Shown: positions 39,326 to 50,744 of the stretch, piece after piece
Layout: every line of letters starts with the position of its first letter
How positions within the stretch are numbered: position 1 is the first letter of the stretch
Assembly: GCF_009914755.1 (NCBI RefSeq)
Contig: NC_060935.1
Direction: 5' to 3' (one strand)
From: the human T2T-CHM13v2.0 reference genome, Homo sapiens
Length of the DNA: 64,000 nucleotides
Translations under genes and position numbers: made by a program
The notes under the pieces: generated by a model
Database searches by the model: none
Seen by the model: the letters and a program-made list of their open reading frames with translations, nothing else
Told to the model about the DNA's origin: nothing

Positions 39326-42300
39326 TAGACCTAGAGTCCTGGACTAAAATGGACTTTCAGTACGCTTTCCTTAACCTTCCCACACTCCCAACCACACACA
39401 CATACCTGCCCTCAGACATTCATACAGCTTCCTTATTTTAATGTCCTGAAAAGAGGTGGAAACATCTTGTCAAAGTCATCCTTTCAGTGCTGGGCATCTG
39501 TGCTTTATCATCTGGCTGCTCAAATGAAAGTCGAACCCGAAAGAGAAAGGAAAGTCTGGAGACCGGTTTTTCTGAAAAGTTTGTTGACTCATGCCAAAAA
39601 GACTACAACAAATATAGCAAAATAAGTGACAAAAACAAAAAGTACTTGTGTCTGCAACAAGTATAGCCATGTGCTTATCTAAGCATTGAATGACCCTCCT
39701 TGGGGCTTTTTAAATCTGCGGTTGGCTCTAATAGCCATGAGGGAGACACAGGCAAATTAGAGTCCGCTCATTTGTCTCTGCAGGTCAGGGGAAGGGTGAA
39801 AATAAATGATTGTTTTATTGAGCCTGTGGGTCTTAATAGATTGGATTTGGCTCCCAGGCTTGTTCACTCTCCAAAGAATTTCAAAACTCTTTTGGAAAGA
39901 AGGGTATTATTGGAGGATAAACATGTCTGGATCTGCTTTCTATGCTTCCAATTGCAATAGCCAAGCATTCAGGGAAGTAGAGTGAAAATAGCATCCACCA
40001 GAGCCCTACCTTGCGGAAAATTTCCTCCACATCACAGGAACAGGCATATTCTTGCAGATGTTCAATGAGTCTCATAATAAAAACAGAGCCCTTTGTGGGA
40101 TGTCTCCAAGAAACATTATCAGTTGATAAAGCACATTTCACATCTCAAGACTGGCTCTTGCCTGAAGAAAGAGAAGAAACTCTAGTATTTCTGCTCCAGC
40201 TGAGGCATGTTTTGGAATTCATCTATTTTCCCTACACTTCATTGTAATTTTAGTGAATCCATTTGAAGTTCAGTGAGTGTATTTTTACTTATACTCTAAC
40301 CGGTGCTGTATATGTTGCAGGCATTAAAATGACATAGTCCCTGAGTTCACACAGTCGTAAATTTAGTAGAGAGTTAGGAAAAGGCAGAATGGGTTAAAGG
40401 GAAGGAATTGGGTTTTGGAAAATAGCTATATACAGAGCTAAATAGAGAACTGTGAATGTCATGTGGAAGGCTGGGACCAAAAGATATTAAAGAACAGTTC
40501 TGTCTAATGTTAAAGTCTACTATATGTACTCAGACTGGAAATGTATGTTTTTGGTGTGTGTCTTTTCATTGTTTTTGATCATTGAAAAAATATAGAGTTC
40601 TACATCAGGGCATGTTCAAGACAATATAGAACCAAACTTCTTCTGAAAGAAGATATCTCATTGTACAAAATATTATAGAAAATTTAACTATTTAAGCAGG
40701 GGCTGGGCGTTTGGGCCAGAGGTGACCAAGAGAATGCAAGTCCTCTCAGGAAACTGCCATACAAGGTGGATGAAAGCATTCAAGTGATTTTTATTTAAAC
40801 CTTGCTAAGAAAAGTAACTGGATTAAGTTCTACGATAAAAACATTTTAAATAACACCAGTCCTTTAACGTGTACTTCTTTCTGTGTCATGTGCAATAATT
40901 CACATATATTAATTTATTTAATCCATAGAAAAATGATATTTATATTCATATATTTTAGTGAGCAATTCAAGGAAAGCCCAGGGATAAAAAAGTGGAGCTA
41001 GTTTACAAAGTACTAAATGACTAGATGAGTCAATAATAGCAATATTCTTACTGCAAAGCATACCTTTAGAATAATGCATATATATTCTGCTTTATATACT
41101 TCATGCTTCTAGGTAAAACCCACTTTAATTTAGGGGCCCAAAGTTCCTCGCTTGCTATTCTACTTTGCTGAACACTGCTCCTACTCGTCTCCTGTGAATA
41201 CTTGATGTCGGGGCCTATTGGTCCATTGAATGATCTCAACATGGAGGACCTTTCCTACGCAGAGTCAGATTCTTATGTGCTACAGCGCGGATCGTCTTCC
41301 ATTTAATTCTCTGTTATCTCTCACAGTTCTAAAATATTTTGCAACAGAGAGGAGTTCATTAATTACCAACTCAATGAAAAGATGTGCTTACTTGCTCTCT
41401 GTGGATAAAGAGAATTGTGTGTATGACTTGGAACAAAGCTTTAGTTTGTGTTCAAAAATCTTATCTAAAGTTCTGTACACTTATCTACCCTCTAGTGGGT
41501 GGTTGTGAGTTTTTCTATTGATAGCACCCACAAAGATATTCTGTGTACAAGAAACCTGTTACCTGATGCGGAAGAGCAGAAAGCAATAAAATCCTTCTCT
41601 ATGTGGGCTTTCTTAATAGCATCATCCTCAAAATCTCCCAGAGTTGGTAAAGATATATTTTCAGAGACTCATAATGAATCTTTTACCAACACCACACCAT
41701 GGTTCTCTGGAAAGACAAAATTTGGTTTGTTACTACTACCAGTGGCTGAGAGGACAACGTTCTCCTCTTAGCCTCTGTTCAATCATATTTATCAATATAT
41801 TTGCTGTATCATTAATTCACGTACACATGCACACATTCATTCAAGTAACAATCTTTTCAACAATTCTTATTTCTTCTAACACTCAAACAAATTTTAAAAA
41901 CAACCAAACATCAAAGTCTCAGGATTGAAAATGAAACAAATATCTACCAACCAGTCATACAATTCACAGAAGCCACATGTTGAGTGATGACACTACGTTT
42001 TCTTTGACATTAATAAACAGACATAAACTGAAAAACCCTGGATCCATACAGATGAGGACAGCATTAGAATGTCTGGTGTTCTCAAGGACATCAGCACTCA
42101 CCACCACAGCAGGCCTCGAAGATGATCACCTTGGGTTTGTCCTTCAAACTTGGGCAGTTCTTGCTATTCAACATTTTAAATATTTCATTGAATTGTAATA
42201 TATCAGGGACTTGTTCAGAGTATTTCTTCCCACAAATGCCTTCCCGAACACCATGAGACAAGAACACCGGGAAGGTGCTGTCAGAGGTCTTGTGCTCTGG

Positions 42301-45300
42301 GCGGTGAGCAAATGCCTCCAGCTCTGTAGTCATTTCCTGAAAGAGACCATACCACTGATTTTGGACTATGTAATTAACTCTCATGGAACCTTGGAAAGCC
42401 AATAAATAAATACTTAAGGATTTCTTAAGGAATTCCATGACAAACAATGGAGTGCCAAAAAAACTTTAAGTCTTAATTTCGAGAAAGGTGAAGGAAGGTG
42501 TTTTAGGAAGTCATTCAGAGTTACCTTGTAGAGAGAACGTGGCATTACTGAGTTAAACAAACAAACAAAAGAAAACGAAATGAAAAACAAAAAACTAACA
42601 AAAAAAAAAGCACTTCACAATTAAGTTAAACCAGGCTTATGCTGAATGACTCTGATGTTTCAAGGGAACTTGTAGCATCCAGCACCCTCCCATGGCAAGT
42701 TTATATTTTATATTATCAAAAGATTACATTTCTTGGTCCTACAACCAAGCTTTCTAATATTATTTAGTTATAGGAAGGGCGTGACCATTCTCTCTAAGGT
42801 GTAATAGACCTTACCCAAGCAGTGAGATTTCTTTTCACGTCCACCTTGTACCCCAGATTTTGCAGCAGCATCGTCATGCCTATGATGTCAACCTCAGCTC
42901 CCGTTATTTTAGAAAGACTATCAAACTCTTCGTTGCAAATAATGAGCAAGACGTGTGCGGCTTGACTTGCCCATTATTGGATAAATGTGTAGGAAATGCA
43001 GTTTGGATGAGCAGTAATTTATTCTCTGTAATTTAATATTCCCCTGGCAAATTTATGACTGTTTACCCTTTCTTAATTCTATCAAGATACCAAATCCCAT
43101 GGACTATACATTGAAAATGGCTAATGGAATTGAGTGCTACTTCGAGAGTAGGCATAGAAATTGCAAATGCCCAGATGGCAGGTGAACTACTGACTTCATT
43201 GCTGTTGATAGGTAGGATTTTGAAAAATGCACAAGCTTTGAAGCAAGAATGACTGAATTCTAAAACTGACTGCTCCAATTTCTGATTGTTTTTCTTTTTG
43301 CAAAATATTTAACAATCCCATGTCTCAGCTTCTTGATCTCTAAAATGTTTTTTTAAGGTTAAAAATTATGTATTATCATAGAATGCTTAGAACACCGGCC
43401 ACTGTTAGTGAACATTCAATAGCTGTCATTGTTGATGTTATTTATCCAGGAATTGGGTGCAGTTAGGAACTGTTTCTATAAACCTGGGATTCTAGGATAC
43501 AGGAATTTTTTTTTTTATGTAAGGGAAGCAGAAGTAAGATTCTCCATTGAGAACAGCTCTAAGAAAAAGTCACTGCATTTTAGAATCACCACAAGTATAT
43601 CTTTCACCCCACTCTATCCTTATGTTCTGAGCATGGCACCTCTGTCAACTTTTCTTTCCATATCCTTTTAGCTTAGTCTAGGGAGCAAAGCTTGACGCTT
43701 CCTCCTGAGCCTGTGGATGTAGGCATAGCAGGTTTGTCCCACACTGGCACTGCCTGAGGAGTCGCAAGAGTCAAAGAATATCATGAACATTGGCATCCCT
43801 CTTTGTTCTGCTTTGTGTTTCTTACAGCCTCACCTAAGGATGAAGCCACGAAAGTGGAAATACATTCTTAGGAAGACAATCCTGATCTCTCACCGCTGAG
43901 TAATTTCACTGCTAATGGAGTACATTTCCAGCCAGAGAATTCCAGGTGTGCAATACAGGGATCTCCTTTCATATTTCAGGATCAGTATTTTCACAAATAT
44001 TGCAGATAAAAATGTAGAAAGGAAGATTTTCAAGGCCATGCATGATAAAATGCTCAGAAAACAATCAAATGTGTAAGATCAAATCGTTAGAATATAAATT
44101 TGTTTCAAAAGATTTGAACCATAGAATAAAATTTAATGGGAGGCAGTCTTAATTAAAGCTACTAAAAATTTCTGAGAGATATGCTTATGTTTGTATTTAT
44201 TTATTAATGGAAATGGTAGTAAGCACTAGGAATATTTTGTTAATGAACCCTTGTCCTGTTCTTCAGGATCTCTTCCTACTATGTACATGTATGGAAGGAG
44301 GAGATTATTAATTATATGAACTAGAATGAATATAAAATAGTATGATAAATGCTAACATCAAAGAGCACACTAGATGGATTTATAGCACTTAATATTGACT
44401 GCACAGACCTATGAGGAAATGTTTTCACAGAGTTTATATGAGAAAATTCTTGAGACTTTTACTTCATCACAGGTTCAACACCATCTGACAATGTGATCAC
44501 TTGTTAGAGAAGTTAATGTAATCTTTGTTTCAAGATAGAAATGAGTTTTCTAGATTTGTGGAGTATCTTTTAGAAACTATTAAGTCAAGAAAATAATATT
44601 TAATTTTGAAAACAAGGTTGAGAAACTGTTATACAATCAGTTAGACAAATAAAGGCAGCATGAAGTGTGGTGACATGGGGAAGAAATAATTAGAATGGAT
44701 ATATTGGAGTAAACTATAAAATAATAATTTGATAGAATAAATGTTTGGTTTCTTGAGAAAGAAGAATGAAAACAATATAAAAAAACAAAATAGAAATATA
44801 TGGGTTATTTCTGAGGTATTTTTTCTTAGTGAAAATACAGTATTTCATTATATAGTGAATATCCCATGCTGTAAAATATTTAAGGATACATACATGAATT
44901 AATCAACCTTAATAAATTCAATAGAGTAATGCCTGACCTTGATTAAAAAAATGTGCATTTCTAGCCTCTAAATTGTTTCTAAATAGAAGAGGGCCCTTGA
45001 TGAATAGGGGTTTTTTAATGAAATAGAAGTAGAAATGCAGACACAGTTCCAAATTTGGGAGAAGAATGCATAAAACTTGGCCATGGCTTGAATATTGGAG
45101 ATGCGTGAAAGGAAAGGGGCCAAGATGAGTTTCAAGTGCCTGGTTTGAACAACTAGTGATGGTGACACCAACAACCGAGTTACACAAAACTGGAAGAGAA
45201 GCAAGGTGTGGAAGAATGGCATGTTCAGCTCTGATATTGTTTAGATAAAGGTGTCTCTGGAAGATGTGAGGGAATATTTCAGTAGGCTTAAATGATGAAG

Positions 45301-46692
45301 TTTGGTACTTATTTGGGTGATCAGGGTTTGAGACACAGATTCCGAATTTTTAATATAAACATAGATAGTGAAGCTGTTTTGACAGTTGCTACAAAAGCAG
45401 AATAGATTACAAAAAGAAAATTATATGATCACTCTGTGGGAATTCTCCATAGCCCCTTTAACTGTGGTTCATTCTACAACATTAATGTCAAAGAAAACAG
45501 GGTTCAAAGAATGCTCTTCCTTTAAAAACAGCATTACCTAGGAGGAATTACTACTTGAGAGTCTTGTTTAGTAAGGTGACTTCCAGATGATGGAGCAGAA
45601 AAAGAAGAAGGACATTGAAATAGTCACTTATCATCTCTGGAAAGCTTTACCCTGATGCCTACAACACTCCCCACTAAAGATTCCTCCCACAACCCTGACT
45701 GAACGACATTAAATAACGCTCAAGATGGTCTTTAATTTAGAGAGTGGTGGGGGGTATAAAATGAAAGAGACGTTTTCAGAAAAATATGATATTTATTACA
45801 CATAGATGAAAACATAAACTTATCCCATGTCTGCTTAGACAGGCATAAGCTTCCTCTAACCCTTAGAAAAATAAAATTTTTTTTTTTTTTTAAAAAGCCT
45901 TTTACTTTGAAAGAACATCTGCCTCTGAAGTGGCATTGGAAAGTACCACAGAGACCAGTAACTAGGAGTCCACCAGAACTCTCATCCTCACCATGGGGTA
46001 GGTCCAAGGGATCACAGGAATGGGCCAACTCATTTCCTGTGCACTGTATCAGGTCACAAGGTGGCCACAAATGGAGGCAGTCCAGGGCTCACAGCATGAT
46101 CCACAGCCTGATAACAGGCAAGTGGGTGATCTTACTCAAAAGAAAATGCAAGGAGGCAACGGGAGGAAAAAGCCAACTTGAAATCCTTACTTTTCTATAA
46201 TCATTCAGTGTATTCTCTGAGTATATCACCACTTTTGAAATATAATTTATTCTTCTTGGAGGGCAAAATTTTGGAGAGAAGTACAAAATGTAGTTAATTA
46301 CAGACTTAAAACTTCATGTCAGACAACTACATAAGTGCCTGGGTACAGCCTGGACTCAAAAATACTAAATCAATCAATAAATATTTTGCCTCACCAGGAA
46401 CAGTGGAACATATAGTGTGAAGATTTTTAGATAGTTCTCAAGAGCTTCAGGAAATTAGCTACCACGTACTCAGAACAGGAAATGAGCTTTAATCAGAAGA
46501 GGGCCACTGAGGATGAAGGAACAGAAACGAAGGAGAGTCAAGGGACATGCAATAGGGCCCCTGCTACAGAAATATTGCCCAAAGCCAGAGAGAAGGAAGT
46601 TTTCTGCAACTTAACATGACTAGTAAAGACATCACATGGTAGTCACAATGACAGGCCCTAGGTGAACTTGAGTGTGAGTCACTGACCCTTAC

Positions 46693-46959
46693 CTGCTGAG
46701 AGTCCCAGCGTCCCTGCCAGGTACCTGTCTTCTTCACAAATGTATGTGATGCAAATTTCACATGCCCGTGCCCCTTTCCGAATAACAGAGTCAAGCAAAT
46801 CTCGGGCCTTATCGATAACTGTAACATTTTCACATTTTACTATCTCTGTGTCTTCCTGGCTCAGCACATTTGTCTCCAATAATTCATCCAGTAAGCCATT
46901 TATTGTACCTTCACCCAATGAATTGATAAGCAGCCGTCTCTTCTTCAGGAGGATCATGT
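46693..46959 (-). CDS. Open CARD exon of the CASP1P2-like copy (expression unknown)
   Basis: 267 nt, no stops or indels, intact AG/GT; [37 protein letters not shown]...LGLSA. Confidence 0.45.
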
Positions 46960-47624
46960 CTGTTTGGAGCACAAGGATTTCTCACATCATGAACACAGCC
47001 TCATATTCTTCTCATGTCATCAACAGAAAGTGACCTCATTTAGATTTCATCAGTGAAATGTCCCCCTCCTCACAGTTGGGTTATCCCTCCTCTTACTTTA
47101 TCGCTGTCCTTCTTGTTTCCCTCAGTAGTCTCCATACATGTGCATGGAGTGGACTGAAGACTGAGTTTACCATTTCCACATCAGTCCCTGGAAAGCAGAG
47201 ATCATCCTCTTATGTCCCATGTTTATTTAACTCAGAATAATAAAGTAATGAAGCAGAAATAGCCCATTTCATTTAGGAACCACTGCTGCTAGTACTCCTC
47301 CTGTGCCAATTCTGTAGCCTCTGCCACACTTACAACATGTAAGAGTTTAAATAAGATTGCAAAATGACAGCAGGCTGCTCCTAAAGCCTCAGTTCCTTTC
47401 TGGGCTTGCCTTTCCTTTCTAAAGACTGAAAGAGTCAACTAGTTTCTTCTCTCCTCCCTCTCCTCCCTCTCCCTCACTTCTGCTCAAGTAAACTTCCACA
47501 GATACTAATTATAGCTTCCAAAAGAGCCAGCGCCTTCCACAACTCTTTCCTCCCAGGGACCTGTTTTTGGGACAGTAAAAGACTCACCGGCCATGCTTTT
47601 CTCTCCTCCCTTCTTGTGTGAGCT

Positions 47625-47731
47625 GAAACTGAAAGCATGCTTCACCTTTCTTTTCACCTTCCTTTTATACCTTTTTGGCAGGGCGTGTACACTTATTGGG
47701 AAACAACCACTGCACATGCATACGCATGTCT
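47625..47731 (-). promoter_or_regulatory. CASP1P2-like promoter: ISRE (47625-47636), TATA box (47662-47669), p53-type element (47712-47731)
   Basis: GAAACTGAAAGC (plus); TATAAAAG (minus); AGACATGCGT-ATGCATGTGC (minus). Confidence 0.6.
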
Positions 47732-48125
47732 TTTTTTTTATTTTTTCATATTTTTAATAGAGTGAGAATCACATTCCTGAACTGTAGACTGCAACAGAGA
47801 GTGTATCTTTGGGAAATTTTCTTCACCAGCTTTTGGAACAAGTCAGGGTAAGAGGGGAATGCGGCTTGGAGAATAAGACAAGAATGACAAAGTATGTGTA
47901 CAATTAAACTCACACAGTGAAGAGTTTCTCATTCATTAGAAAACTTGATGGAGAAAAGTAACACAACCTTTAGAGAATTTGAACCCCTACTCTCCTGGGC
48001 CCATTTCACAGTCTAGGGAAAGTCATGGGAAATGTATGTCCCTGTGAAGCAATTTTACTTCAAGAAATGAACACATTTTTCACAAAAATTAAAGCTTTTC
48101 CTATTTAATGTCCTTCCTTTTCAGA

Positions 48126-48420
48126 TTTTTTTTTCTGATACAGAATTTTATTCTGTCACACAGGCTGGAGTGCAGTGGCACTAACAGGGCTCACAGCAGC
48201 CTCCACCTCCCTAGGCTCAGATGATCCTCTCAGCTCTGCCTCCCAAGTAGCTGGGAACACAAGCACATGCTACCACGGCTGGATAATATTTTTATGTTTG
48301 TAAAGACAAGGTCTCCCTATGTTTCCTAGGCTGTTTTTGATATTCTGCACTCAAGCAATTCACCCACGTTGGCCTCCCAAACTGCTGGGATTACAGCTGT
48401 GAGCCACCCACCCATCCTGG
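48126..48420 (-). mobile_element. AluJ-like, paralog of 11698-12008
   Basis: Same position relative to the promoter. Confidence 0.88.
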
Positions 48421-49392
48421 ATGGCTTTCTTTTGAGGAACATTACCTCATAGAGGCCTGGAGCACAGGCTCTGGACTCAGAATGTTGAACTTAGCATCTT
48501 AAACTTCATTTCTTGGGCAAGAAATTGAACTTCCCTATGCATTGGTTCCTCTGCCTGTGAAATAATTTTAATAATAGTACATACCTACACATTGAGCATT
48601 AAGTGAGACAAAATGTACAAAATGCATGCAACATTGCCTGGCAAATGGTAAGCAGATAATGAGTGATATTACTATAATTAATACAAATATTTTACATTAG
48701 AAAAATCAAGGATAATTATTTGCAGATTATCCAGCTAAGTTTATCTTTCGTTAGACTCTTCAAGCAGTGCATCTAGTCATTCACTCAACAAATATATATG
48801 GACGATATGGTTCTAGGAGCCAGGGGTTCAGTCAAAACATATCATGGTCATTTCCCCCTTGCTCTCACATACAAGAGGGGAAGACAAACATGAAGCCTGG
48901 TATGTAGTATGTAACTGGAATATTCAGAATGTGCAAATATGGCAAGTGATGAGAAGAATAAGAAATTAATTGGAGAAATGGGAGACAAAATGTTTTAGGA
49001 CTCATGAAAACTGTAGAATGAGAAGCCAGAGAAGGCCAGAAGAGGTCTCTGTCTTTGCAAGCACATGTTCAATTGATAATTCCAGAAATAAACTCAATGA
49101 GGCCAATTTATTTTATGAACCTCTTTGATGCAAGTTGGACTAATAAAAAAAATGCAGACAGTACTTCACATTTATCAATTTCTTTAACAAAAACTTTCTT
49201 GTGTCATTACCTTGTTATCTTTGGAGAATAAGGACCAGGAGTCACAAAAACATCCACCTTTTGACATGTGGGCCACCAATGTTACTTCCTGTGCTCTAAG
49301 CGATGAGTTAAACGTGTTTAGGTTAGACTAGAATGCACTGTGTAGAAGGAAAATGATGTGGCTTTTAACCCAAGGGCTTTCTCATGATTTTT

Positions 49393-50740
49393 TTTTTATC
49401 TTTACTTTGTCAATGACCTAGTCAGATTGCAGCAAAATCTTGAGCTCCTTGACAGTGGGAGGATTTGGAGCATGGAAGAAAGCAGAAATTACCTGTGCAT
49501 CACTTCTCTTCCATTCATTTACTTTTACATTTATGTACTGATTCTTTTATTTTCTCTATTAACTTAAGGATTTCACACATAGTTTTCGCCCCCAGGCAGA
49601 GCCATGAATCAGTGAGTTAAAGTATGACAAAATGGCATCCAGGACACAGAAGCCATGACTAGACCATGTATCTGGGGATGTAGAACCATGAGCCATGAGT
49701 CTTTTGTCCTGGGAAGCTAAACATTGAGCCACTAGATTGCAAGGTCTCACTGTTTCCTCAAAAATGAAGATGTCATAAACTGGCAACAATTCAATATCCA
49801 ATTCAGGAGCATAAGTAAACAATTTGTGCTATACACATACACTGAAATACTATTCAGTCACAAAAGAAAAAAATACTAATTTATGCAGTAACATGGATGA
49901 CAACATTATGATTTCATGATGAGTGAAAGAAGCCATATACAAAGGAACATATATCCTGTGATTCCAATTAAATAAGGTTTATATTAGAAATAACTAATGT
50001 ATAGTGGTAAAAATTTAATCACTACTTAGGAGGAAGTGGCAGGAAATTGAGTACAATGGGCATGAAAAACTTTCTGGGGTGAGAAAATCAGGCAAAGTTT
50101 TATCTTTACTTTGGCAATGACTTAATCCATTTGCAGCACAATCTTGTGCTCCTTGCCACTGGGAGGATTTGTAGCATGAAAGAAAGCAGAAATTGCCTGT
50201 AAATTACTTCTCTTCCAATCATTTGCTTTTAAATTTATTTACTGATTAATTTATTTTTTCTGTTAACTTTCACGTGAAGGTTTCTTCCCCAGATAGAGCC
50301 AGGAACCACTGAGTTGAAGCATGCCAAAGCGGCATCCAGGACACAGAAATCATGACTAGACCATATATCTGGGGATGTAGAACCATAAGCCTTGAGTCTC
50401 ATGTCCTGGGAAGCTAAACATTGAGCAACTAGATTGCAAGGGCCCACTGTTCCTCAAAAATGGAGATGTCAAAAACTGGAAACAACTCAATAACCAATTC
50501 AGGAGCATAAGTAAATAATTTGTGCTATATACATACACTGAAATGCTGTTCAGTCATAAAAGGGAAATATTACTAAGATATGTAATAATATGAATGAAAA
50601 AACTGCTGCATTCATTATGAGTGAATGAAGCCATATAGGAGGGAACACATACCCTGGGATTCCAATTATATAAAGTTCTAAATTAGAAAAAAACTAACGT
50701 ATATTGATAGAAATTCAATCACTACTTATCTGAGGGGGGA
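49393..50740 (+). repeat. ~700-bp tandem duplication (49393-50092 / 50097-50740)
   Basis: Both copies start ttttatctttacttt..caatgac and align along their length; single copy at ~15562 and ~23189. Confidence 0.9.
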
Positions 50741-50744
50741 GTTT

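Larger units (their letters stand above)
38690..47640 (-). pseudogene. CASP1P2: Unprocessed full-length CASP1 duplicate (caspase-1 pseudogene 2-like) with intact exon 1 and CARD exon
   Basis: Exon homologs 47588-47594, 46693-46959, 45538-45595 (-5 nt), 43640-43761 (+6 nt, TAA at 43673-43675), 42815-42986 (-2 nt frameshift), 42102-42336 (QACRG->EACCG), 41563-41706 (TGA at 41669-41671), 40010-40119, 39438-39536, last exon from 38780. Its CARD matches neither CARD17 nor CARD18 as I recall them; name assigned from position. Confidence 0.9.

Noticed and set aside
46679-46972. Calling this CARD as CARD17 (INCA) or CARD18 (ICEBERG)
   Set aside because: The N-terminus [17 protein letters not shown] matches neither recalled sequence ([13 protein letters not shown] / MADQLLRKKRRIF), and the exon-3 acceptor needed for the INCA tail is lost.
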